Positions 11,281 through 24,014 of a DNA stretch of 64,000 nucleotides are shown one piece after another. Source of the stretch: Lama glama. Its lineage: Eukaryota. The position numbers were made by a program, and so were the translations under genes. Where the stretch lies: assembly GCA_028534125.1 (NCBI GenBank), contig CM052817.1:80788001-80852000 (forward strand). The letters are read 5' to 3'. The first letter of the stretch is position 1. Each line of letters opens with the position of its first letter. The notes below the pieces were generated by a model. The model saw nothing but the letters and a program-made list of their open reading frames with translations. It ran no database searches and was not told where the DNA came from.

Positions 11281-14200
11281 GAGCTTCTCTTTGTGGATGA
11301 TCATCAGATTAAATACAATAACCTTAAAATCCTTCGTTGTTTTTCTTAATTATGTTCCTGACTAGATATAATTTTTTCCTTTCCAATTCTGATGTTTTGT
11401 CATCATGTGATTAAAGAAATTTGATGGAGCTTCTGATTTTGTAAGGTATGCAAGGTTTAGAGAATAAACAACACTCCTTTTATGCTCATTCTTATTTTTT
11501 TTGTTGTTGTTGACTTTAGTGAATTTCATAGAACTTGGCCCCATATATTTTTGAGACAGTTTCAGAAATTCTGTGAATAATTTAATGAATTATTACCATG
11601 GTACTCAACTTTGATGGAATGATCATTACATAAATTAGTGATTTCAAAACTGCTGAGTTTTGGTTAGGTCTACATTATGACAGTGTGAATTATGATGTGT
11701 TTTATCTTTTAGTTATCAAAACCATACTGGATTAGCCTGCAGGAATTCTGGCCAATTTTCATGATAACTGGACATGGCCGTATAATGCGCTATTCAGCTG
11801 CACAGCTGTATCGTCTGTATGTTTTCTGAGGGACGTGGCTTTCCTTGTAGGTTCGCGTCAAGAAAATCTCCCTCCGTGAGTTTGATTTATAGCTCAGAAA
11901 CACATAAGCATGTGCATACTAATGTTTACCATTAAAGCCAAATTATATATTTTATTATAAACATTGCATATTTTCTTTCTAAAATTCACATGCCAGGTTT
12001 TAAAGAACTACACGATAGTTTTATGGAAGTTTTTTTTTTTTACATCGTTCTTGTAGTGGATCCCTTATTTAGAAAATTCCATTTTCTTCTGATCATAGTT
12101 CAAAGAAAAATGCTCCTTAGTGGGTATTTAAAATAGGTGTCGAATTTTTTCATTATAAAGAGGCTGGGTGGCACAGTGGCTAAGTGTGTGAGTACTGAAG
12201 TCACAGGCTATGCGTATTCCTTTCCTGTTTTCGTAATTGCCTGATGCTATAACATGAACACATCTGATACATACAGACTATGTTTTCTTTCATCCCTATC
12301 TGTGGGTTGAGATAGAACAACAGCAGGATGTCGAAATTACTCTAGCATGAATCCAGTCCCCAGTGAAGTTACCATTCTGGTTTAACTTGGAAACAAAATA
12401 CGTATATATTAATAAGGACAAAGGATTCATTTGAGTCTTGACTGTACTGAGGCCACCTGAGTTTGTGACAGTAGGTAAAGTGACTATGAAGCTGTATGGA
12501 AGCTGTTTGCTGACAGGATTGATTCCTAGAGCTAAGATAGGTGTGTTAAGTGGAGAAGGGGTCCATAAGCCTTACAAAAACAAAATAAAACAAAACAACC
12601 CACCTGTTAGCCAGGAACAGCCCAGGATATTCTATGAAGTGGAAAAGCCCTGCATCGACATAGTTCCAACATGCAGAGTATCTGTTCCACACTCATTGAA
12701 ATATAATTTCTTCATCAAGCTTCAGCAGTGTGTAGTTCTTATGGTTTCAGAAGGGAGGCAAAGGAATGTTTCCAGATGTTTGAAAAATATCATTTGAGGC
12801 AGAACATTTAGCAATCGAGTTTCTACTTTAGTTATGCTTACCTTTGAGGAAGTTCAGAAATTTCAACTTAAATAGTGGATGTAAAGTCCATCTTAAAATT
12901 CAATTTCAGGTGAGTATTACCTTCTTTTTAATTTCTTCTTTTAACGGACTGGTGACATAGAAATACTCTCCTAAACCAGCTGGTATATTTTAGAGACAGT
13001 GCTGGACGCAGAGCAAGACGTTTCCTAAATATTCTCAAATTCTTGCTTCTGTATTATCATTATTCTTGGGAATTGTCATTATTTATATTCATCAGAAATA
13101 ATGAATGGAAATGAAGATGAAATTAACATGATATTTTTATTCCTTATCAGATTGTCAGGATAATTTTTTGACAGAAATTTATGTAAATTAAATATCAATT
13201 ACATTTTCAAGATTTTATACAGGTGTTTACTATGACATAATAATTTCTGTAAATGGGAACAAGTTAAGTTTCCTGGGGTAAATACCAAGTAAAGTTTATA
13301 TTAAATGCTGCCAAACTATTTTATGCATTTAGCAATATTATAGACAGCTGAAACCCAAATTTTGGTGTGCTAAATATCGCCTAAAGTTTATGATACCATT
13401 AGAACATAATCTGTAAACTACATAACTAAATTTCACCAATATTTCAAAGTTTTCATGTGGATTAATTTAATGAATTTATGATTGTTATATTTATCTAGTT
13501 CAATTTTTAAATGTGGATAATTTACTGAAATGTAACTAATAGTTTTCGGTAACCTCTAATTCAGACATTTTGGTATATACTTTCTCTCCCAATTGAGGAA
13601 ATGACAGATGATTACTCCTCATTTGTGCAGAAAAACCCAAGCTGGAAAATTAACAGCACAGCTGGAAAGGCTAAAGAAGTTAGCAGTTAAAAATGCTTGG
13701 ATAGGCTCAAAATCTATCCCTAGATGCCAGAAGTAGCTCTTTTTGATATAATCAACCCAATTATGAAATTCAGAACTATTTAAATTAATGCTGGTGAAAT
13801 ACGTTTGTCCATACTGCAACTTGCACAGACTTTTTTTTTCTCACGATTGTCTCTCACCAGTCATCATTTGCTTCTGACAAAGTGCGTTTCTTATACTCTC
13901 TTTAAAAAGACAAGTTGCTAATTGACTGGCAAGGTAGCTGGCCCGGGTTAGAGCTCTGTTATTGAATTCCTGTAGTGGGAGTGAAAACAAAAATACTGAT
14001 GGATACCCATGTTATGCCTACAATTAACAGAGTAAACATCTTAATAGGCATAGAAGACACAAACAGATGTTCTAACTGCATGTCTGTGAGAAACTGATGT
14101 TTACTAGCTCCACTCTGGCTTGGCCTCTGAGACCTCAGGAAGTTTCCCTCCCAGTGGGGATTTCAGTGATTTATTGATTTCAGTACAATGAATATTTCAG

Positions 14201-14742
14201 AAACTAGTAGGATTTTTAAGAGGTTAAATACATCCTTACAAAGGTTAGCATTAATTCATGCTTGAAGGGAATGCTTACTCTGCTTTAACCAGGGTAAGGC
14301 CACATTCCTGCCTAAGTGGGAAGGCACATGGACCAGGTAACGAAAGGGGTTTCTTAACAGAAAGTGTGGAAATAAAACATTAGCACATTACTTTTTTCCC
14401 TAAACTGAACCAAAATGAGGCAGCTATGAATAATGGCAAACTCCTGAAAATTCCTGGTTGAAGCACTGATGAGTCTTGGTCAAAACAATAAAGACAGAGG
14501 CTTGTATTTGAGACGCTCAGAGATGAACAACGTAATAAAGCTCAGAAACTTGAAAGATTTTCAAATTCTTAAGAAATGCTCAATCTACTACTCACCTTCT
14601 ATATTGAATTTACAGATAGCTCCTGATGTATTTATTTGGCCAGTGTTTACCAGGAAGAGTCTAAAAAGAAATTGATGGGTGCTTTGTACTGTCATGCTTT
14701 CTTTCTTCTTAGTCATGCTTATGGATATGGATAAACTGATAT

Positions 14743-15278
14743 TGAGGTGGGAAGCCCCATGAAAAAGACAGCAGGACCCCTAGGCAGGGCCACTACTCTC
14801 CTACCAGCACCATTTGGTTCCCTAGCCCAGTGGCATTATCTTGCTTTTTAACTCTGAAACGGCTTACTTCTAGGAAAGCAGAACTTACACCTAAGAGTCT
14901 ATTGGTTCCTTGAGCTCACTCCTGATTGGTCCATTCATAATGCCTCATTTGCATGGAGCTCACTCCTGACTGGCCCATTTCTATCACTCCTGATTTGTCC
15001 ATTTCTACAAAGCTCGTTCCTAATTAGTCAACTTTGTTACACCTTATTTGCCTATGATGTTGCAAAGTATAGACTGGCAGCCTATAAAAGCCTGTGTAAA
15101 CCTACAGATGGGGTCCAGAGCTTGGAGTATTAACTCCTCTGGGCCTGCTGGCGTAATAAACCTGAGTTCTCCAACTCTCCGAGTGTTGCTTGGTCTCTCG
15201 CCTGGATCCAGATTGCTGTCACAACTGAGCTGTAACACTGAGCTGAAACACTGAGCTATAACACACTTCCCTGCAACA
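14743..15278 (+). mobile_element. ERV1-type solo LTR, about 536 bp
   Basis: TG...CA termini, ATAT on both sides (14739-14742 and 15279-15282), TATAAAA 15083-15089, AATAAA 15155-15160, U3 tandem units; a 4-bp TSD is typical of class I ERVs. Confidence 0.88.
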
Positions 15279-15314
15279 ATATGCTATATAACAATATGCA
15301 ACAATATCCTTGGT

Positions 15315-15400
15315 ATTAATAACAATACTCAATACTTATCCAGAATCATGCCAAGTACTGTGTAAATGCTCCAAACAAATTATCTCATTAAAAGGATGCC
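15315..15400 (-). mobile_element. MIR 3' fragment
   Basis: ATGCCAAGTACTGTGTAAATGCTCC...ATTATCTCATT resembles the antisense MIR tail. Confidence 0.4.
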
Positions 15401-15611
15401 ATTACATCAGGTGAATAAGTATGAAATCATTGACAGACTATTATTTTGTAATAAATGCAAACAGTATTTTATCCTAGCTTTTCTTTTAAGTTGTGTTCAA
15501 TTATTGGTTGTTTGCCCTAAGACCTGATTAAAATTTTTCTTCTTTAGACTAAAAACTATAGGAGAATTTTGTAATGGAACATGCTTCTGCTTGAGATTTT
15601 ATGGCTGTAGA

Positions 15612-15850
15612 CCAGCTCTGGCCACAAGTATCTGCTGGGCATCTGAGTGTGGCTGGTCTGAACTGAAAGACCAAGAATGCATAAAAGAGGTTAAAGTATT
15701 ACTTTAATGTTTTTATATTGACTACATGTGAAATGGTAGTATTTTGACTGACTGGCTTAAGTAAAATATATCATTAAAATTAATTTGGCCTGCTTTTTCT
15801 TTTTACTTTTAAAAATGTGGCTACTAGAGACTTTAATTTTAATTACCAGA
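15612..15850. mobile_element. MER33/MER3-like hAT-Charlie non-autonomous DNA transposon
   Basis: TTTTTATATTGACTACATGTGAAATGGTAGTATTTTG and TTTTAAAAATGTGGCTACTAGA match recalled MER33 motifs. Confidence 0.75.
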
Positions 15851-16180
15851 TTATTTACCTGTTGAGCCCTGTACAGTTTTGCCAGTCTTGGACTCAGAAT
15901 GCATACCACCAAGTTCATTTCCTGTTCTACACTGATTTTTGCATGGTATTTGCTTGTTTTTGGCAACCATAGAAAACCCATCTTCACAAAATATGACATC
16001 ATCAAAAAATGGAAGGTGTTCTAACATTGAAAGTGTGAATGACCTTGATCTAGCAGTTCTCATGGTGTCTAATACATGTTTTACTATAAATTCCTCAAAC
16101 GTTTAAAGTATCCAGTGTCACCTCTGAATGTTACTTGTGGTTTCCCGGTATGCTTGGGCACACAGTTTGGGAACCATGAA
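15851..16180 (-). mobile_element. hAT-Charlie element with fossil transposase C-terminus (frameshifted)
   Basis: Minus-strand frames LPFFDDVIFCEDGFS and SKYHAKISVEQEMNLVVCILSPRLAKLYRAQQ resemble the Charlie/Buster hAT dimerisation region; terminal CACAGTTTGGGAACCA is Charlie TIR-like. Confidence 0.7.
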
Positions 16181-16284
16181 TATAGTCCAGTCAGAAACAT
16201 GACAATTTTTAGTTCTGTACATATCTCGGTAGAATTATAACTTCAACAGTGTTATCAGAAAACATAATCTAATTCATCCTTAAA

Positions 16285-16780
16285 CTCATTCATCCATCCA
16301 TTTACTTAGCCATTAATGTAGTCATTCAGATTTTATTTAAAATGTGTAAAACACTGAACACTGGGTGCTGGTGATACAGACGTGAGAACACAGACCTGGA
16401 GTCTGCATTCTAGTGAACAGCAACAAAGAAACAGATTATCGACTCCAAGTGAACCAATGCACAAGGTACTTGCACATCGTAATGGGGGCTGTGGAAGAAG
16501 CGACACCATCGAGCACAGCTGGGGTAGGAGTGGGGGATGCTACTTTAGACAAGGTGGGCAGAGAAGACCTCTCCAAAGTGGCATCTGAACGGACACCTAA
16601 TGCAGGGCATAGCCAACTTGGGGCAGAATCTGAAAAGAGCATTCCGGAAGAAGCAACAGCAAAGACTTTAAGAGTGGACATAACTCGGGGTGTCGAATAG
16701 CAGAAAGGAGACGCTGTAGGTAAGGGGAAGGCTGATGTGAAAAGCTGGAGGGGTTCGCAGGAGCCAGATGGTGTGCTACA
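16285..16780 (-). mobile_element. L2 3' fragment
   Basis: CATTCATCCATCCATT tail, CTGGGTGCTGGTGATACAG, CAGAGAAGACCTCTCCAAAGTGGCATCTGAAC, AAGAGCATTCCGGAAGAAGCAACAGCA. Confidence 0.8.
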
Positions 16781-17685
16781 GTCATTAGCTTCCATTTTTG
16801 TTTTCCAAAAGCCAGGCTTAAGGCACCTAGGAAAACGCTTTGCATGTAACAGGTGCCCAGTAATGTAGATAGGCAAATACTGGGTGCCTAAAATGGATAC
16901 AGGGTCCAGCTTAAAATATAAGATTAAGAAACCTGGGAAACAAAGAACTTTATGTCACTGCTCAGGCCAAAAATATGCCTAAGTCAGGTTTTTTGGCTTG
17001 CCTACTGAAAAATCAGAATTCTTTTTCTACTTTTAAACTTCTCCTGCTCTGAGACTGACCTTTTTTGGCTACCACAAATAACTTCCCTCTTTGACCTTCA
17101 ATTTCTACTCCAGGCTTAAAGTTATCATTCTTGGCAATCCAAGCAGTATGCCCTTCTGGTTTCTAGTTTCTACTGGAATTAAAACTGTTTCCATTTTTAT
17201 ATCTGCTTCTTCCTACTCATAGCTTTCTAGGTTTCTTTTTGATCGATTTGAACTTCTACTCTTTCAGTAATAGAGTTGTTTTATTCCAGGAAAGATAAGT
17301 GATCAATTATTTATATTCTCATCTGATTTACGTATATGAGGTTGTGGGGTTTGAGTGGCTCCATCTGGGGACCAGCCAAGACTGAGATCCTGCTGTTTAG
17401 GGCATTACCATGATTCAGTGGTGGCCTCCAGGTACACTCTCAGGCAGCTCATTCCGGAGCTCATGAAACAGAAAGACAGACAGACTAAAAGAAGATGCTC
17501 GTATCCCAAAATGTATTAAAGAATTGCAAATATACAATGATAGTAAAGGACAGGGGACTGAATAAACTAACACACTTGGAATAAATAGGGAGCAAGTAAA
17601 TGGAAGGCCCATCCAACCAAGTCCAGCTTAGTCATGGTCACGTGCTCTGGCCTTCCCCATTGATGGCGTGGTTACAGAAACCAGG

Positions 17686-18173
17686 TGTGGTAGCCATACT
17701 GCCCTTAAGGTGTTCATGCCCTGATTCCCAGATGCTGCCAGTATATTGTCTGACATGGCAAAAGGGATTTTGCAGACATGATTGTGTTAAGGACCTTGAG
17801 GTGGGGAGATTATTCTCGATCATCTAGATGAATCTAATCTAATCACATGTGTACTTAAACATTGGGGAAGATTTTCTGGCTACAGCAGAGACAGAAGTGA
17901 GGATGAATGTAGGGTCATAAAGGTGTGATGTTCATTGCTGACTCTGAAGACAAAGGAAGGGACCACTGGCTAAAGAGTGACCTACAAAGGGCAAGGAAAT
18001 TGACTCTCCTCTAGAGCCTTCAGAAAGGAATACAGCCCAGCTGATACCTTGATTTTTGCCCAGTGAAATTCATATCCCACCTCCAGCCTACAGTACTGTA
18101 AGAGAATTAATTGTGTTGTTTAAGCCACTAAGTTTGTGGCAGTTTGTTATGGCAGCAAAAGGAAACTAATATA
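17686..18173 (+). mobile_element. MaLR LTR (MLT1D-like), near full length
   Basis: TGTGGTAG start; ACATGGCAAAAGGGATTTTGCAGA, CTCTCCTCTAGAGCCTTCAGAAAGGAA; end TTTAAGCCACTAAGTTTGTGGCAGTTTGTTATGGCAGCAAAAGGAAACTAATATA. Confidence 0.9.
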
Positions 18174-18214
18174 GGACGTAAAGCAAGGGGCTTTGGCAGG
18201 TGAAAGGTGCTATA

Positions 18215-18822
18215 TATTTATTTTTTTTTCAGGTGCTTTTCCATTATAGGTTATTACAAGAAATTGAATACAGTTCTCTGGGCTATACAGAAGATCCTTG
18301 TTGTTTATCTATTTTAGATATAGTAGTATGTATCTGCTAATTCCAGACTCCTAATTTATCCCTCTCCCCCTTCCCCCCCACCGGTAACCACAGGTTTCTA
18401 TGTGTATGAGTCTATTTCTGTTTTGTAAATAAATTCATTGGTATCTTTTTTTAAGATTCTGCCTATAAGTGGTATCTTTATATCTGTCTCTGACTTACTT
18501 CACTTAGTATGATAATCTCTAGGTCCATCCATGTTGCTGCAAATGGCATTTAATTCTTTTTTATGATTAAGTAATATTCCATTGTACATATACACCATAT
18601 AAATAAACAGTGCTTATATCTTTTCAAATTAGAGTTTTTGTCTTTTCTGAATATATGTCCAGGAGTGGGATTGTTGGATCATATGGTAAGCTATTTGTAG
18701 TTTTTTGAGGAACTTCCATATTGTTTTCCATAGTGGCTGCACCAATTTACATTCTTACCAACATTCTTACCAACAGGAAGGTTCCCTTTTCTCCACACCC
18801 TCTCCAGAATTTAGTATTTGTT
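18215..18822 (-). mobile_element. L1 3' end (cetartiodactyl/laurasiatherian type) with internal deletion
   Basis: TTATAGGTTATTACAAG...GCTATACAG, TGACTTACTTCACTTAGTATGATAATCTCTAGGTCCATCCATGTTGCTGCAAATGGC, CATAGTGGCTGCACCAATTTACATTC. Confidence 0.92.
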
Positions 18823-21029
18823 TCATTGTTTTTATCTGCCTTAAACACCATATGGCCCATCAATTCAACCCATCTTTAATATGCTTTACTGATTGACTTA
18901 CTTTCTGATATTTCTTATGAGTTTAATCCATTCCATTTTTTCCTGACTTTGCTATAGAATAGCAAAATTGAACACTCCCAAACAATGCAGAAACCACATG
19001 TTAAAAATCCCACAAAAGGCCATCCTCACAGGTACAGATAAGTTGAATGTGTTCAGCTGGATCCCTTCTGTTGAACATGTACAAGGATGCCATGTTACCT
19101 TGATGAGCCTCACCTTTGCCTCACATCCCCAATGGATCTGAGGAGGATGTCTTGGGAGTTTTCCAGCACTTCAGGCTAGACAGACTCAAATTCAATGTGT
19201 AGGTTTTCCCAGTTGAGAATTTGTAAATTCTCTGTTTACAGTCTGAAAGTGAAATACACTATTTAGTTATGCCAATACATTGGTGAGGGCTTTGTGGGCA
19301 AGGGCAGACTGTATCTCTAAACCTTGGTTGTGCATATAGCGTTCAGAGAAAAGAAGTCAGTTTGCACACATGCAGGATCACACATTCTGATCATTTAAGA
19401 GAAGTAAAGCAGTTTAAAAACTACATTTGGCTTTTGTTTCAAGTTTCAAATATGAAAAAATAAACAACAGATCATTATGTTTTCAAAGTAGCAGCAGATC
19501 AAGGAGGCTATTGTCTGCTTAACTAGTTCAGAAAAATGTGGCTTTTGATAAACTTTTGAACTCAAAATTAGAGACCAGTCTACTTTGTTTTCACCAACAC
19601 TGCTAATAACTGATTGGGTTTGTTTTCACCTTTCCTCACTTGAAAGTCTTTTATGGTGGTTGGAGATGCACTGAAAGATGAGGGTTTTCCCTGATATGGA
19701 AAACCAGTTTATGTTCTCTTGAATCAAAATATTTATGGTAAAACAGATGAAGTCAGGTTCCTTGTCTCAGGAATCCTTGGTTAGTAACAAGCACAGCCTG
19801 TTTCTAAAGGGTAAGACTCACTTGTGTTAGCTGAATTTAGTTCATTGATTCCATGTTTTCATTTAGAAGGTTTTTTCCCCTTAATTTGTATTTGAAGAAT
19901 GAAAAGGCATTATTAATATTTAGTTGTCTTAACAAGGTTTCATATCCTAATACAGAAAATGACTTAGGATCTCTTCAATTACACTGGAACTATTAAACAA
20001 GCCAATTTTTAAAAAAGTTAGTCTCTACCTAGATATTTTCTTAAAGAATTGATCAGTGGCCACTACAGTAAAATTATTTGCTTCAGGCTGAAAAAATTCA
20101 GTTAAATGACTCAATTTCATAGAAAGAAAGCAGTTTTTAAGCAAATGTTATATACTAAACGAACTGGATAAGTACTAATTTGATTCATGTTTGCTATGAT
20201 CAGCCAAGTGGCCACTATTTGCTATTCTGTTACAATGAGGGTTTAACCTTGCATTTTCTGTTCATGTTGTCACCAGGTTGTAATTTTCTTGGAGATCGAT
20301 CCTCCAAGAATTACATAAAGGAAATTTTAGTAATTAGTCCATGACGGTGTTTTAAGTGTCTTATGGTCCATTAGTTACACTTTGATGTTCAGCACCTATT
20401 AAATAAGCCAAGGTTTAGGCAGCAAGGAAGAAAGCAATGCTCTCTTACTGCTACTAAGAATTACCAAAGATGACAAAAATTTGTAATAAGGTTATTTAGT
20501 TGTAACGTAAAATCTGAAAAGTATTTTAAAATGTCATTTAAACACTTTTTATTAAGAGATGATATGAGAAATAAGAAGGAACAGATTGAATCTGAACTCA
20601 TCGTGAAATCAGTGATGCACCGTGCCTGTGTGCCCACCCCAACTCCAAATAAACAACACTTGTAACCAAATACAGTACAAATATCTCACGTCACTAAGTT
20701 AGAGACTAGACAAAAAATTTTTGGAGTATGAGAGCCTAAGTATTAGGCTTCAAATTTAGAATTCCAAAATCTAGAATTTATAGTGAGCTCTTTATTTAAA
20801 AAATAGTCAGAAAACTTCATCTTGCCTAGAGCAACTGTAGCTCAAACTGGATTGAGCAGAACTACACATAAGGGGCTGAAGATTGGGCTGGTACCTTGGG
20901 AAGAGTGAGGACCATTGCCAGCAGTCCACATGGCTGCCTCCTCTCACTTTAATTTGGGAAGATGAGGGAGGTGGAATGGGAACAAGGGGAACCAAGTCAT
21001 AGAGCTTCTGCACTCTACTGTCCCTTGCA

Positions 21030-21310
21030 TCTGTCCTGTGCTTCTAGTCCATGTTGTCTGGACCAATGCAGTAGCATCTTAAATCATCTCACTTTTACTC
21101 TCCCCATAATACATACAACACCAAACTCTTTTTCTGAGTGAAGCCCTAAAGATTACTTTTCTCCTGTTCCAAAAATATTTTCAGTAACTCTTTACCTTGT
21201 ACTGTATTGATTTAAATAATAAATTGGCTTCTGGCATTTAAGGCTTCTGTAATAAGACTCCCCCCCCCCCAAGTTCCAGTCATTATACCCTTGAAGTGTG
21301 CTCTCCAGTC
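21030..21310 (+). mobile_element. Degraded L2 fragment
   Basis: Weak L2-like motifs (CTGGCATTTAAGGCTTC). Confidence 0.35.
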
Positions 21311-22594
21311 TTAGGTACATGAAGGGAATGACTTGGCAGAAGAACTCTCAACTATCATGAATGCATTGGAATTACCACTGACGTAACACAAGTGTGGGTT
21401 ACATGCTGTTATTAATATGAATTCTATGCTGTGCTATCTCATTTTACCATTTGTGCTTGTCTCACACATATGAGGCAAGATCCTCTATTTTGACTGTATA
21501 TCATCTTGTTAGCTTTATGGGAGGGCTCCCAGGAGATCCACTGTAATTACAGAGCAGATAATTCTGGACTCCTGTTTCTTCCTCATATATTGAGTGGTCC
21601 CACAATGTCTTTAAAATCCAAACATCTGAGAGTGTCTTTACTGTAGAGACAGCTAGAATTTCCCCTCTAGAGAGAAAAGAGGGGTGGCCAGTAGCAGACG
21701 TGCGGAAGTCTTACTTCTTCTGAAAGAGCACTGAGTGTCTAAACGGGATCTTATCTGGCTTGATAAACAAGCGGCTTTCAGAACGGAAACTCCTCATGTT
21801 CCAGTATTGACGCTTTATGCCATGTGTCTTTGAGCAACTTTTGAATCTCTGTTCCAATATTTAAAAAAGTAAAAACAAAACAAAACAAAAGATAAAAAAA
21901 AGCAACTGGGATTAAAGAGGTATTTAAATAAAAATATTTGGATACTCAACTGAAAATAACTTTGTCAATAGTGTTTTTTTTTTTTGAGCACTAACATCAG
22001 TCAGATCCAGAAACTGAGAAGTAGCATGGGGCGCAGGAATTTGTAATTTTGGCATCTATAAAGACAGATGTTGATGATTGAGCCCTCCCTAAAAAAAAGT
22101 TCTATAAAAAGATACTTTATGTAGATTCACAAATGCCTTATAATCATTTAATTCTAGTTCAAGGTTTTTCTAGTTTGGGGGAAGTGGCATGGAAAATTTA
22201 GTAACAACCATGACTTAAGAATGGAGTTTATAGACGTGGATGTTTCTGCTTTGAAAATACAAGTATTACTTCTCTCATTCTGAAAATAGGTTGAAAATAG
22301 CTTTTAAATGTTATTTATCTGCTAGGGGCTGCCTGATACATAATACTTTCAAGTAAATACTCATGCTTTTTATAAAGAGTAATGATAAAGATGAGCCTCT
22401 TTGTGGATGTTTCCATTAGGGGTTTAGACACATATGCTCTTTTTTTTTTTTTTTAAACTAGCTGATCTTCCAGCAGGAATGTATTATTTAACATCTACTA
22501 GTACGTGGTATATACTAGTAGTATTTTGTACAAAAGCAGGTGCTGTGAAGGATACAGAGAGATTTAAACCTGAACAAATACAATCTAGTAAAAA

Positions 22595-23190
22595 TGGCAT
22601 CTAAGCCCCAGTTCTCCAGAAAATAGAGCCTGTGGTGAAGCTAATGTGCTAATGTTTCCTTGGAGGATTATAATGCCAAGGGAAGTGAGGAGGGAAAAAT
22701 GGATGTGAGTCAGAGATGGAGGAAAAGTAAATACAAATGTCACATTATTATGTTGGCCAGAGCTCAACAAGAAAAGACCGCATAAACAGGGTGTCTCTGG
22801 AGAAGCAGTATGGCGTGTTGTGCGCTGAAATAGTGGCCGAGGAAGGTATAGCTGAGAGAATATGCTGCCTCCTCATCCTTCCCCTCTCTCCCTCTCTTTC
22901 TGTCCCTTTTGAATTCCCTGCACTTTCAGGTACTGCTCCCTGGCCCTTCTGTGCAGCCCCCCAGATCAGTCAGCGTCTCCATGAGTGCTGATGCGTGGGA
23001 CTGAGGTGTCGGGGAGTGTTTGGCTCCAACTGTCCAGGTGCCAAGGAGACCGCACTGCTGGAAGATAAGGTGATGCTGGGGAGAGGAGTCCAGGCTTTCA
23101 ACGTGAGGAAGCAGGACAAGCAGCAGAGGCAAGCTGGGGCAGATGAGAACGGTCCCATCTGGGGAGGTGCATAAACTGGGCCTCCAGGAA
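22595..23190 (-). mobile_element. ERVL LTR (LTR33-like)
   Basis: GTTCTCCAGAAAATAGAGCCTGTGG and GGAGGAAAAGTAAATACAAATG...TTGGCCA resemble recalled antisense LTR33. Confidence 0.55.
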
Positions 23191-24014
23191 ATAGCATTTT
23201 CTACTGGATGATGGTTAAAAAAAGTGCTTTAGGTGTTCAGAGAATTGAGAGATCCCTGGCTCTTTTGAAATTGTTTTTGAACCTTTATTTTAAGCAAGAG
23301 GAGGAAGCAAACATTGAAAGTATGCCTGCACTGTGCCAAGAGTAATTTGTTTTAAAAGAAAGTGGGAATAAACACCGGATATGCAAACTTTGTAGTGGAG
23401 AATACAGTATATTCAAAGAGAAACTAAAAAACTTGGAAAGGAAGAATGAAGGGTCACATGGACGTGATTCTAAAATGGATTTAATCGCGTTTAAATATAG
23501 GTCTATAAAAATGGTTAGCCAAATAAAATAATTTGTCTTACATTTCATAGTTCTGGTGTCAAGAAAAGATCCTCTTCTATTACTTTGACAATCACTCTTA
23601 TGACACATAAGAGAAAAATACAAAGTGGACCAAAAATAAATTCCTCATTTCAAGTATGATGGTGAACAGAAATAGCTAGCCTTTTTAAGGTTTCTGATTT
23701 ATTTATTTACTTCTCTACATCATGGAAAACACTTTGGTTACTTTTTTTTAAAATTGTAATTTCAAAGAACTATATAAGAGAGCATTTGTAGAAAAAGATC
23801 CAGAGACCCAGGCAATGTTACAAGTAAATAATTAATAAAAATGATCCTAAACTATAAAAGTAAGGAACATCATAGGTCCATCTTTTTGTTTTAGGCTCAC
23901 CTTTGTCTTCCCAGAAAATTTTGCATTTTATCCTCTAAAATAGTGCTTCTTGGAGGGTAATGCTTTGTTTGATATTGAAATATGTAGCAAAATCTGTATA
24001 AAAAGCATTTCGAA

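Noticed and set aside
12835..12975. Minus-strand exon-like segment ending AAAG|GTAAGC
   Set aside because: Poor acceptor pyrimidine tract and no partner exons identified
14912..15262. Short spaced direct repeats superficially like a CRISPR array
   Set aside because: Mammalian DNA; the repeats are U3/U5 tandem units within an LTR, with no unique spacers or cas genes
16382..16876. Overlapping 68-146-aa ORFs
   Set aside because: Fall within an L2 fragment; no coding signature
22495..22521. CTACTAGTA...TACTAGTAG 9-bp inverted repeat
   Set aside because: Short, AT-rich and self-palindromic; expected by chance
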